Below, piece by piece: positions 19,613 to 29,006 of a DNA stretch of 64,000 nt. Under the pieces are notes generated by a model, which searched no databases, had not been told where the DNA came from, and saw nothing but the letters and a program-made list of their open reading frames with translations. How positions within the stretch are numbered: position 1 is the first letter of the stretch; each line of letters opens with the position of its first letter. The DNA is from Candidatus Saccharimonadia bacterium (lineage in GTDB: Bacteria > Patescibacteriota > Saccharimonadia > UBA4664 > SCTI01): positions 72,219 through 136,218 of the forward strand of contig JBKJLI010000003.1 of the NCBI GenBank assembly GCA_046597065.1, in the 5' to 3' direction. Position numbers and translations under genes: made by a program.

Positions 19613-20920
19613 ATGCTTCGTAAAGTCGTAAAATTCTTCATTCGTGGGCCAATATTTGAGGCAATCGAACCCTTTGGTCACAAGTGTGAAACCATTTTAG
19701 CCCAGCTGGTTTACGGCTTTCCGGCTCGTGGAATAACCATTATTGGCGTTACCGGAACAGATGGAAAAACCACCACCACCACACTTATTTGGAACATGCT
19801 AAAAGACGCCGGTATTAAAGCCGGTTATATGACAACCATTGGCTATGGCAGCCACAAGCAGCAGTTTTCTAACCAAGTGCATATGACCACGATGCCGGCG
19901 TTTCCAATGCTACGGCGGATTAAACAGTTGCGTGCGGCCGGGGTTGATACTTTAGTGCTAGAAACAACCAGTCATGCCCTGGCTCAAAACCGGGTTTGGG
20001 GAATCCCTTATAGCATTGCGGTAATGACCAATGTTGGTCATGAACACTTGGATTACCATCGCACTTTTGAACGTTATCGAGACGCCAAGCGCCGGTTATT
20101 TCAGCTTGCCTGCCGTAACCGCAGTGGTTTGCAAACCGGTATTATCAATGCCGAAGATCCCAGTGCCAAGCTGTTTATCGGCGACGTACCACATCCGTTG
20201 ACATATGGCGTAAATGACGGCGATATCCGGGCCGAACAAGCAAAAACCACCCCAACGGGCAGCCATTACGTAGTCCGTAGAGGTGATCAGTCATTACATA
20301 TCAACGTAAACATTCCCGGCAGCTTTAATGTTTACAACTCACTGGCTGCGGTAGGGGTAGGCTATGCCTTAAAACTCACCAACCAACAAATCGAAAAAGG
20401 GATCGATTCGCTGCAGTCGGTTGAGGGCCGCATGACCAATGTTGATCTTGGCCAAAACTTTAATGTAGTTGTCGATTTTGCCCACACACCAGATAGCTTT
20501 GAAAAGCTGTTAAGTGACATGCATCGCCAAATTGCCAAACCGGCGCGGTTGATTGTGGTGTTTGGTTCTGCCGGTCGACGCGATGAGGCCAAACGTGGCA
20601 TTCAAGGTGGCATTGCCGGAAAGTACGCCGATATTATTATTGCGACCGAAGAAGATGACCGTGATATTGATGGCAATCTTATTTTGAACCAGATTGCTGA
20701 GGGGGCAGAGTCATCCGGCAAAACTCGCGGCAAAGATCTTTTTCTAATCCTTAATCGTATCGAGGCAATCAACTTTGCGATGGCTCAGGCTAAGCCCGGT
20801 GATACCGTGATGCTGTTAGGTAAAGGGCACGAAAAAACCATCGAGCGGGCCGACGGCGAGCACCCTTGGGACGAAGTTGGTGAGGCCAAAGCGGCCATTC
20901 AATCTGTTCAAAAAAAGTAA
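19613..20920 (+). CDS. murE: MurE ligase (UDP-MurNAc-tripeptide synthetase)
   Basis: GVTGTDGKTTT, ETTSHAL, HEHLDYH, VDFAHTPD, GKGHE. Confidence 0.9.
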   Translation: MLRKVVKFFIRGPIFEAIEPFGHKCETILAQLVYGFPARGITIIGVTGTDGKTTTTTLIWNMLKDAGIKAGYMTTIGYGSHKQQFSNQVHMTTMPAFPMLRRIKQLRAAGVDTLVLETTSHALAQNRVWGIPYSIAVMTNVGHEHLDYHRTFERYRDAKRRLFQLACRNRSGLQTGIINAEDPSAKLFIGDVPHPLTYGVNDGDIRAEQAKTTPTGSHYVVRRGDQSLHINVNIPGSFNVYNSLAAVGVGYALKLTNQQIEKGIDSLQSVEGRMTNVDLGQNFNVVVDFAHTPDSFEKLLSDMHRQIAKPARLIVVFGSAGRRDEAKRGIQGGIAGKYADIIIATEEDDRDIDGNLILNQIAEGAESSGKTRGKDLFLILNRIEAINFAMAQAKPGDTVMLLGKGHEKTIERADGEHPWDEVGEAKAAIQSVQKK

Positions 20921-21037
20921 TATTCATAGCACATACGTAAGCTATCAGTCTTTACAAACCATAACGATTATGGTATAGTCTTTAACCAAGCTGTAAGCCG
21001 TACCTACCCACTTTAAACCTCGACCATCAGGAGCCAC

Positions 21038-21457
21038 ATGCCTGACTATTTTGTCGATAAAGCCCAGCGCTATATGCCGCTAGTGCAGACACTGGCTGGT
21101 CACTACCAGCAACATCTGGTTGTTAACGATGCACTTCAACGCAAGTTGGTGTGGCGATTCACAGCAGCAAACGTTGGCTTAGTACTTGCACTCCAAGTAA
21201 TCAAGCCTCAGCAAGGTGCTTTCATTCTGCTTACTTGCGGCTCGGCCGGCAGTGAGCTAGGTATGAACGAAGGGAGCTTTGCCTACGGCCTGACCGGCGC
21301 CGTTAGTCGCGATTGTGCCAGGTTCAACATTTACCCGCATGCGTTCTACCCAACACTTCGTACTTTGCGCATCGTCCTGATGCAGCATCTAGATATGTAC
21401 TTCGACGGCAGCTTTAAGACTTCGAGTAAAGGACCAAGGAAGCGGCATGCCCGCTAA
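21038..21457 (+). CDS. Hypothetical protein
   Basis: ORF with AGGAG SD, upstream TGGTATAGT, followed by a terminator hairpin at about 21487-21516. Confidence 0.5.
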   Translation: MPDYFVDKAQRYMPLVQTLAGHYQQHLVVNDALQRKLVWRFTAANVGLVLALQVIKPQQGAFILLTCGSAGSELGMNEGSFAYGLTGAVSRDCARFNIYPHAFYPTLRTLRIVLMQHLDMYFDGSFKTSSKGPRKRHAR

Positions 21458-21539
21458 ACTAGGTTCGGCAGTTCATTACAGCAAAAAGCCTCGACTCTGA
21501 AATATGGGTCGAGGCTACTGCTTTTTACTGCAATTATTA

Positions 21540-22334
21540 CTAGTCGCGCAGTTCAAGAGAGCAGCACTTAACCGCTCCGCCAGCTTTTCGAAACTCGGTC
21601 ATATCGAGTGGAATCACGTTAAATCCACGTTTCCTTAGATCGGCATGAATACCATTGGCTGCTGCACTGACAATCACGTTTTCACCATCGCTAACGGCAT
21701 TTAAGCCGAACCCCGCTGCATCAGCTTCGCTTGCCACGATCCGGTGGGGAAAGTGGTGCTCTAATGCCTGGCGCCCAGCAGCGTCAAAGGCACCCGGAAA
21801 ATACATAAGAGTGTCATTGGTGATCGGCGACATAGCGGTATCCAGGTGGTAAAAGCGCGGGTCTACCAGCTTTAAGCTAACCACATCGCGATTAAAGAAT
21901 CGGGCCATTTCGGGATGGCTAGCTCGGTCGGTTCTAAAACCGTAGCCACCAAAAACTACACCGCCGGCGTAAAGGTTGTCTCCCTCGCCCTCATTATCGT
22001 GTTCGGGCATGTAAATGTCGCTGTAGCCGGCTTGCTCGAACCACTGCTTAAACACCGGCGTTTCTCCGCGCCGCTCCTTATACTTAAACCGTGGCAACAC
22101 CACCTTACCATCGACTACCAGCCCGCCGTTAGCCGTAAAAACCAGATCAGGTAAGCCTTTGGGTTGATCTATGAGCTCAATTTTATAACCCAGTTTTTGG
22201 TAAGTCTCATGCAGGGCATGCCACTGGCGCTTAGCCAGCTCTACATCAACTGGGTTATCAATATGCATCCAGTCGTTAATTTCGTATGTAACCTCAAAAT
22301 GGGTTGGCGGGCACATAAGTATGCGTTTGCTCAT
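21540..22334 (-). CDS. Amidinotransferase / DDAH-arginine deiminase superfamily enzyme
   Basis: LPDLVFTAN, EGEGD, FYHLDT, GGAVKCC catalytic Cys. Confidence 0.88.
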   Translation of the reverse strand: MSKRILMCPPTHFEVTYEINDWMHIDNPVDVELAKRQWHALHETYQKLGYKIELIDQPKGLPDLVFTANGGLVVDGKVVLPRFKYKERRGETPVFKQWFEQAGYSDIYMPEHDNEGEGDNLYAGGVVFGGYGFRTDRASHPEMARFFNRDVVSLKLVDPRFYHLDTAMSPITNDTLMYFPGAFDAAGRQALEHHFPHRIVASEADAAGFGLNAVSDGENVIVSAAANGIHADLRKRGFNVIPLDMTEFRKAGGAVKCCSLELRD

Positions 22335-22412
22335 AGTCTGTAGTATACAGTTTTAGCGTAAGCGTGTTGGGAGTAAGTCTTGACTGGCGGTGCCAATAAC
22401 CAGTAACATTAT

Positions 22413-22439
22413 TTAGCAGTCGCACTCTAAGAGTGCCAA
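22413..22439 (+). promoter_or_regulatory. CIRCE element (HrcA operator)
   Basis: TTAGCAGTC-N9-GAGTGCCAA versus consensus TTAGCACTC-N9-GAGTGCTAA, upstream of groES. Confidence 0.85.
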
Positions 22440-22468
22440 CTCGTGAGATGTAAACTGGAGGTATTTTA

Positions 22469-22732
22469 ATGAAGCTCGTACCATTAGCCGATCGATTGGT
22501 AGCCAAGCCGCTCGAAGCCCAAGCCAAAACTAGCAGCGGTTTTTACGTGCCAGAAAGTGCTAAAGAAAAGCCCCAAATGGGCGAAGTTGTAGCCGTTGGC
22601 AAAGAAGTTAATGAGATAAAAGTTGGCGACCAAATTGTTTACAGCCAGTACAAGCCCGACAACGTAAAAGTTGATGGTAGTGAACTGATGATTATGAAAG
22701 AAGAAGACGTCCTAGCGGTCGTTAAGCAGTAA
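22469..22732 (+). CDS. groES: Co-chaperonin GroES
   Basis: MKLVPLADRLV...AKEKPQMGEVVAVG. Confidence 0.97.
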   Translation: MKLVPLADRLVAKPLEAQAKTSSGFYVPESAKEKPQMGEVVAVGKEVNEIKVGDQIVYSQYKPDNVKVDGSELMIMKEEDVLAVVKQ

Positions 22733-22751
22733 TTAAGGGAGATATACCGAA

Positions 22752-24413
22752 ATGGCAAAGCGAATTATTGCAGATGGTGAGGCTCGAAAGCGAGTGCTAG
22801 AAGGAGCCGAAGAACTTTATAACGCCGTGCGCGTGACAATGGGTCCTAAGGGTAGAAACGTAGTGATTGGTAAAAGTTATGGTGGGCCCAGCGTTACTCA
22901 TGATGGTGTAACCGTGGCCAAGGCGGTTGATGTTGCTCAGAATAAAGACGATGCCACACTGGGACGAGGCGTCGGTGCAGAGCTGGTAAAGCAGGCTGCT
23001 AGTAAAACCGGCGACGAGGTTGGTGATGGTACTACGACCGCCACCGTTCTGACCTACCACATTCTGGCCGAGGCTAACCGCATGATCGAGGCCGGGCACA
23101 ATCCGATGGACTTAAAGAAGGGTCTAGATGAGGCCGCCCAAGAAACCATCGCCAAAATTGATGGTTTAAGCGAAAAGATTGCTGGCAAAAAAGATAAGAT
23201 CGCCCAGGTTGCCACCATTTCGGCTGGCGACCAAGAAATCGGCGAGTTGATCGCCGATGTGATCGAAGCCGTGGGCGAAGAGGGTAGTGTAACCGTAGAA
23301 CAATCACAGACCCTAGGTCTTGAAAAAGAGGTGGTTGAGGGCTTTAAGATTGACCGCGGTTACGTTAGCCCTTACATGGTTACCGATACCGCACGTATGG
23401 AGGCGGTTTATGACAAGCCGGCCATTCTTTTAACCAATAAAAAGATCTCTAGTATTCAAGAGATTCTTCCCGTTCTGGAGCAGTTGGCCCAGGCTGGTAA
23501 AAAAGAGCTGGTAATTGTAGCCGAAGATGTAGAGGGTGAGGCCTTGGCCACCTTAATTCTTAACCGACTTAAGGGAGTGTTTAACGCACTGGCCATTAAG
23601 GCTCCAAGCTTTGGCGATCGCCGCCAAGCCATTTTAGAGGATATTGCCATCCTCACCGGAGCTACCATAATTAGTGAGGATCAAGGCACCAGTTTTGAAA
23701 CTGCCACACTAGATATGCTTGGTAGTGCCCGCAAGATTATCGCCACCAAGGATGAAGCCACAATTATCGAGGGCGGCGGTCAGACCGCCGAGGTCGAGGC
23801 CCGGATTGTCCAAATTAAGGCTCAAATAGAAAACGCTAGTAGCGAGTTCGAAAAAGAGAAGTCAGAAGAGCGATTAGCCGCTCTGGCCGGAAAGGTTGCC
23901 GTTATTAAGGTTGGTGGCGCTACCGAAACCGAGATTGAAGAAAAGAAGTACCGGGTAGATGATGCCGTGGCCGCCACCAAGGCCGCCGTGGCTGAAGGCA
24001 TTGTGCCTGGCGGAGGAGTAACTCTTGTAGATCTTAGTAAAGACATCGATATCCATGCCACCAAGGTTGGAACCAGTGCTGATGCCGGCAAGCTAATTTT
24101 AAAAAACGCTTTGGTACAACCGTTCAAGCAGTTGATGCATAACGCTGGGTTAAACCCCGAGGAAAAGCTGGCCAAGGTTCTAGATGCCGGTACGCCCGGT
24201 TACGGCTTTAACGTCAACAGCCCCGAACGGCTAATCGATCTTAAGGCCGAGGGTGTGGTAGACCCGGCTAAGGTTACGCGCGAGGCCGTTCAAAATGCTG
24301 TTAGTATCGCCGGAACGGCTATGACCATGGGTGCGTTGATCGTTGATATTCCAGAAGACAAACCGTCTGCTACTGGGGGCATGCCGGGTGGTGATATGGG
24401 TGGGATGTACTAG
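22752..24413 (+). CDS. groEL: Chaperonin GroEL
   Basis: TMGPKGRNV, GDGTTTATVL, GGM tail. Confidence 0.98.
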   Translation: MAKRIIADGEARKRVLEGAEELYNAVRVTMGPKGRNVVIGKSYGGPSVTHDGVTVAKAVDVAQNKDDATLGRGVGAELVKQAASKTGDEVGDGTTTATVLTYHILAEANRMIEAGHNPMDLKKGLDEAAQETIAKIDGLSEKIAGKKDKIAQVATISAGDQEIGELIADVIEAVGEEGSVTVEQSQTLGLEKEVVEGFKIDRGYVSPYMVTDTARMEAVYDKPAILLTNKKISSIQEILPVLEQLAQAGKKELVIVAEDVEGEALATLILNRLKGVFNALAIKAPSFGDRRQAILEDIAILTGATIISEDQGTSFETATLDMLGSARKIIATKDEATIIEGGGQTAEVEARIVQIKAQIENASSEFEKEKSEERLAALAGKVAVIKVGGATETEIEEKKYRVDDAVAATKAAVAEGIVPGGGVTLVDLSKDIDIHATKVGTSADAGKLILKNALVQPFKQLMHNAGLNPEEKLAKVLDAGTPGYGFNVNSPERLIDLKAEGVVDPAKVTREAVQNAVSIAGTAMTMGALIVDIPEDKPSATGGMPGGDMGGMY

Positions 24414-24463
24414 TTCTGTAGAAAGTTGTTGACACTACTGACAAAAAGCGGTAGTATTCCTGA

Positions 24464-25122
24464 CTATGAGTTGTGGCCAATGCCAAGGCACTAGTTACGA
24501 CCCAACTTTGACAATCTGCAGAAACCTCACCTATTACAGTCGGCTTCAAACCCACTTTGCGGCCGTCTGTAATAGGTGAGAACGGAGGCATCCAGCTCTT
24601 TATAGGCTCGGCGAAAGCCCGGTTTCATGCACCTGAAGGTCTATCCCCCCGGTTGATAACCATTGGATATGACACAGGCCAGAGAGCTCTCACCTCGGAA
24701 GCGCACGGAGACAGTCCCGCAAGTAATCAAATACTAAACGGGGAACCGTCCCCCATGTGCGCTTCCAAAACTTCAACCCACCCACGCTCAGGAGAAGGTC
24801 CAATGTCGTAGCAACGCAATCCTGCTGAGAACTTACTTAGCAGATCCTGCAACTTCGACTGCATGGGGGTACCATGGAAAGGTCTCGGCCTCCGCCGGTA
24901 GTTTAGCCGCAAGGTCGGCTCCTCAAGCATCCAAAAGTTTTAACTGATCTCAGCCAAGCTCGGGGGGTCCGAGTGCGTTGAGCCGCGAGAGTTCGTTTGA
25001 ATATGCCGACGTTCGGGGGACCGTCGGTGTTGGGTCCAAGGGATTCAAGCGTTCGCTCGCGGCTCCGCCGCTCCACATTTCTGCAGATTGCCATAACCAC
25101 GAGACCCACCCGGGTCTTTTTT
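24464..25122 (+). ncRNA. Candidate large (~660 nt) structured ncRNA
   Basis: TTGACA-17-TAGTAT promoter at 24429-24457; 13-bp end-to-end helix 24512-24524/25078-25090; internal stems of 14, 10 and 10 bp; terminator 25102-25122. Confidence 0.65.
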
Positions 25123-25179
25123 GATTTAAAACCATCGATTTTTGTTTGACAAATATGACTAAAAAAGTAATATTTAGAA

Positions 25180-25785
25180 CCATACAGTTGTGAGGTTATA
25201 CAAGTTTGTAACTGTTTTACGTTGAAAAGTTAGAAAGCAATCTACTCCGTGAGACTAGCGCCAATGCAGTATTGACGTTATTCCCACGGAGTAGTGTCAG
25301 CTGCTCCGGCAATTTGCTGTTCCCGACAAGGAGAGTGATCCATGACGTTCATCATGCACGACCACGACATCGGCCGCCGCGAGCGGGGCCACAGAACGCT
25401 TTGCATCGACGACGCGCTCACCACCGACACCGCGACGATCACCGGCCTCCCGGCCGGATAGCCGCTCTGCCGGCGACGGCCGCCGCATAGGCGAGCTTGA
25501 CCATCCTGGGAGGCCCGGGGTAGTCAAGACGCCATGTGGCGTTACATAGCTGCCAACATAGTTCTTAACCAAGAACGCTCTGCGGGGCTACCGTGAGATA
25601 AGGCCTTTGGGCTACCGCTTACCTCTGGCTCCCAGCGCACCGAGCGGGTTCGGCCGCGGAACATACTGCAGTTCGCTTGATGTTACCTCTTCCTGGTTAC
25701 CTCTCTTGCAACACGCACTGTTCCGCGGCCACCGCCATGCTTTCTACTTTTTTACGATCGCCCCCTACCAAGGGGGTTTTTGTTT
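25180..25785 (+). ncRNA. Candidate ~600-nt structured transcript carrying a 39-aa sORF
   Basis: TTGACA-16-TAATAT promoter at 25146-25173; 5'/3' pairing TAGAAAGCA/TGCTTTCTA; stems of 10 and 12 bp; terminator 25760-25785. Confidence 0.55.
25342..25461 (+). CDS. 39-aa small protein MTFIMHDHDIGRRERGHRTLCIDDALTTDTATITGLPAG
   Basis: AAGGAG SD; 36 of 39 codons end in G or C. Confidence 0.55.
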   Translation: MTFIMHDHDIGRRERGHRTLCIDDALTTDTATITGLPAG

Positions 25786-25839
25786 TTTATAGCGGTATTT
25801 TTATGCCGTCTTGTACAATAGCCCTTACCAAGGAGCCCA

Positions 25840-26316
25840 ATGCTAGACGACCTCAACTATATTGCCCAGTTTGATAACAGCAACGCCCTGGCTGTAGCTG
25901 GGGGCTTGGCTGAGTCATCAAAAGAATCTGTGTGGTTGGGCCCAAGGATAGGTTTGTTTAAGCTTGCAGTACCCGAGTTAGATAATCCAGCCAAACAGCT
26001 AGCCAAGCAGCTTGTTGGTCATAGAGTGCAAGTTAAATCGGATGATCATTTTAGGGGTGTCGCGGTTGAGTGGAACACTAAGTTTAACCAATGGCGAGTA
26101 CTTAAATGGGCATCGACAAAGACAATTGCCATTACAAGTGGTAGGTCTGATGTCGAATCCGAAACTGTTAATATCGTAGTCGTAATGCCCAAGGGAACCA
26201 TGCAGCAGCAAGCCATTTGGCTAGAGGTTTTGGGCCAATTCGTCTTTGTTTATCTGGCGATATTAAACCAAACCGATCCTTCGGCACCAAAATTTCAACT
26301 TAATGCTATAAAATAA
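25840..26316 (+). CDS. Shortened bifunctional PGI/PMI-like protein (N-terminus fused to C-terminal region)
   Basis: MLDDLNYIAQFD N-terminus, NPAKQLAKQL, VFVYLAILNQTDP; about half the expected length. Confidence 0.5.
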   Translation: MLDDLNYIAQFDNSNALAVAGGLAESSKESVWLGPRIGLFKLAVPELDNPAKQLAKQLVGHRVQVKSDDHFRGVAVEWNTKFNQWRVLKWASTKTIAITSGRSDVESETVNIVVVMPKGTMQQQAIWLEVLGQFVFVYLAILNQTDPSAPKFQLNAIK

Positions 26317-26715
26317 TTACTTTTTAGATTTTGTATGAGTGAGCTTACCAACATCACCCAAATGGGTGTGGCCAAAGCCGTCGCTGAACTTTAAGCCAAG
26401 GCCAAGGGCGCGATCAAAACCAATATGGGCCAGCCAAACCAAGCCAAAGCTTGCTAACCCAAAAGTTTTATAGCTGAGAATTCCAATGGTGATGCAAAGT
26501 AATGGACCGGCAAGGTTGTGGCCCAGGTTGTAAACCAGCGCACCAATCTTATTGCCTAATAAATAACCCAACAAACTAAGATCGATAGCAATGAACATTA
26601 TAAGGAAGCGAACTACATCACCGCGTAACATAAAATAGAGAGCAGTCATTAGTACAAAGAGTGTGGCAGCTTCAATTCGCTGGAACACGATTGGCTGGGT
26701 TAGATTTTTATTCAT
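26317..26715 (-). CDS. DUF4260-like membrane protein
   Basis: DLSLLGYL...YNLGH...WLAHIGFDRALGLGLK...HTHLG. Confidence 0.8.
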   Translation of the reverse strand: MNKNLTQPIVFQRIEAATLFVLMTALYFMLRGDVVRFLIMFIAIDLSLLGYLLGNKIGALVYNLGHNLAGPLLCITIGILSYKTFGLASFGLVWLAHIGFDRALGLGLKFSDGFGHTHLGDVGKLTHTKSKK

Positions 26716-27964
26716 AACGAAGGGCCTCGATTGGCTTCATTCTAGCAGCTTTTATAGCAGGTGCGATACCAAACACTATGCCGATACCGGCCGATACGGC
26801 AAAAGCCAAAATAATGGTGTTAGCGTCAAACACCGGCGTAATGTGGGCGAACTTGTCGATTCCAAATCCGGCGGCAAAAGCCAAACCGACTCCCAGCAAA
26901 CCGCCCAGCATGGTAAGAACGACCGCCTCGATTAAGAACTGGCTCAGCACCATCAGCGATGTGGCGCCTAGAGCTTTGCGCAACCCAACCTCACGGGTCC
27001 GCTCGGTCACCGATACCAGCATTATGTTCATGATGCCGATACCACCAACCAGTAGTGATATGGCTGCAATACCCGAAATAGCCGTTGTTAGGGCGTTTAA
27101 GATAGTATCAAAGGTCGATAAGATGTCTTTTTGAGTGAGCACTGTAAAATCCTCTTGGCCCCCATGATTTTTCTTAAGATTAACCCTTAACTCATCTACT
27201 AGTGGCTGAACATCGCCTTGAGATTTAGCTTGGGAGGCTATTCGGTAGATTTGTAGGCTGGTGTTTGTAATGCCCGATGCGGTTTTAGTGGGGATAAAAA
27301 CGGCATTGGAAAAGCTACTACTACCTCCACCTAAACTGCTGTTAGACTGATCATTACCCTTAAAGACTCCGATCACCGTAAAATCCTGGCCTCTTACCGA
27401 TACCGTTTTACCCAAGGCATCGGCGTCTTTACCAAACAGCGCGTCGCGAGCATCGGGGCCCAACGCGGCAACATACCCGCCTTGATCGGCTGCTTCTATA
27501 AATCGACCGCTACCAATTTTTTGGTTAGGAAGGGCTTTAGGGTATTCGGGGGTGGTGGCAATAATTAGTGCACCATCGGCTGGCGTGCTGCCTTTAGTAA
27601 CTATTCCGGATATGATCGAGATGGGCGCGGCCTCGGCAATGTGACTGCTGGCTCTAACAGTGGCCACATCCTGTTCGGTGATCGTGGTGGTGCCAATGCT
27701 GGCGGCTGGGTTAAAGCTGCTACCTTGCTTATTGCCACCACTCGAACTGCTACTATTGCTGATTAGCTTGCCAGAGGCTACAAACACAATGTTTGAGCCC
27801 AGGTCTGATACCTGCTCGGTGACAACCTTTTTAAGCCCCAAGCCCAGGCTGTTTATCGAAACTACCGCTGCCACACCAATGATAATTCCAAGCATAGTTA
27901 AGGCGGTTCGTAGTTTGTTGCCGGTGATTGAACGGCCGGCCATTTTGAGGTTTTCCCAAGTCAT
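26708..27964 (-). CDS. MacB/FtsX-family ABC transporter permease
   Basis: RTALTMLGIIIGV, GGIGIMNIMLVSVTERTREVGLRKALGA. Confidence 0.93.
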   Translation of the reverse strand: MTWENLKMAGRSITGNKLRTALTMLGIIIGVAAVVSINSLGLGLKKVVTEQVSDLGSNIVFVASGKLISNSSSSSGGNKQGSSFNPAASIGTTTITEQDVATVRASSHIAEAAPISIISGIVTKGSTPADGALIIATTPEYPKALPNQKIGSGRFIEAADQGGYVAALGPDARDALFGKDADALGKTVSVRGQDFTVIGVFKGNDQSNSSLGGGSSSFSNAVFIPTKTASGITNTSLQIYRIASQAKSQGDVQPLVDELRVNLKKNHGGQEDFTVLTQKDILSTFDTILNALTTAISGIAAISLLVGGIGIMNIMLVSVTERTREVGLRKALGATSLMVLSQFLIEAVVLTMLGGLLGVGLAFAAGFGIDKFAHITPVFDANTIILAFAVSAGIGIVFGIAPAIKAARMKPIEALRYE

Positions 27965-28722
27965 AACGTGCGCCTTCTTTTAGTTGCAACAGGTGTAGCT
28001 TTGGCTTCTGCACGCCCCAGTGTGGCTGCTCTTCGGGCCGGAGAGGTTTTGGCGTCGCTAACCACATGGCCGTCTCGAATCTCGATGATCCGATCGGTTT
28101 GCGAGGCGATTTCGGGATTATGGGTCACGATAATAATGGTGTTGCCGCTTTTGTGCAGCTTTTTTAATAAGTCGACAATCGCTTGACTAGACTTAGTGTC
28201 GAGGTTGCCGGTAGGCTCGTCGGCTAGAATTAAGCGTGGATTGTTAGCTAAAGCCCGGGCAACAGCTACGCGCTGAGTTTGGCCGCCGGAAATCTGGTTG
28301 GTTTGATAATCGGCGCGATCTAAAAGATCGACAGTTTTTAGTAACTCTAAAGCCTTTGCCCGACGTTTACGAGCAGGAATTTTGGCATACACCATTGGCA
28401 GGGTAATATTTTGAACTACAGTTAGACGCTGCAGCAGGTTAAACGACTGGAAGACAAAACCAATCAGGTCGCGTCGTAAGCCGGCGAGCTCGCGATCGCT
28501 ACGATTTTGCATCTCTTTGCCATCAAGGCTATAACCTCCGGTAGTGGGGGAATCAATCAAACCCAGAATGTGCATCAATGTGGATTTACCACTACCTGAT
28601 GGGCCGATAATTGCCACAAACTCACCCGACTCAATTTGTAAATTGACACCATCAAGAGCTGCGGTCTTAGTGTCGCCGCTCTGATAGTGCTTGCTTACGC
28701 CTGTGAGTTCGATTAACGCCAT
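27961..28722 (-). CDS. ABC transporter ATP-binding protein (LolD/MacB-like)
   Basis: GPSGSGKST, ISGGQTQRVA, LADEPTGNLD; start moved to ATG 28722 because the longer ORF overlaps the tRNA. Confidence 0.93.
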   Translation of the reverse strand: MALIELTGVSKHYQSGDTKTAALDGVNLQIESGEFVAIIGPSGSGKSTLMHILGLIDSPTTGGYSLDGKEMQNRSDRELAGLRRDLIGFVFQSFNLLQRLTVVQNITLPMVYAKIPARKRRAKALELLKTVDLLDRADYQTNQISGGQTQRVAVARALANNPRLILADEPTGNLDTKSSQAIVDLLKKLHKSGNTIIIVTHNPEIASQTDRIIEIRDGHVVSDAKTSPARRAATLGRAEAKATPVATKRRRTL

Positions 28723-28773
28723 TGTTAACCAAGTGTACACCGGTGGGTTGGGTCTAGTACAATGATCAGCTAT

Positions 28774-28863
28774 GGAGAGGTGGCCGAGTGGCTGAAGGCG
28801 CACGCTTGGAAAGCGTGTATGCGGGCAACCGTATCGTGGGTTCGAATCCCACTCTCTCCGCCA
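28774..28863 (+). tRNA. tRNA-Ser(GGA), integration site
   Basis: Anticodon arm CACGC-TTGGAAA-GCGTG, CCA end. Confidence 0.95.
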
Positions 28864-29006
28864 GTTATTATTTTCTTTTTCGACCCGTCCCCCTAACCCT
28901 TATATAAGGTGGAAGGGGCGGGATTTTTGAACCAAAAATAAGCCCTCAAAATCATCAAGTTCGAATCATTCCCATTCGCATGGGGAGGGGATTCGAACTG
29001 GCCTAG

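Noticed and set aside
24464-25122. tmRNA, RNase P RNA or a self-splicing intron
   Set aside because: No tRNA-like ends, no GAGGAAAGUCC motif, no group II domain V, and no interrupted host gene. An Rfam scan is still needed.
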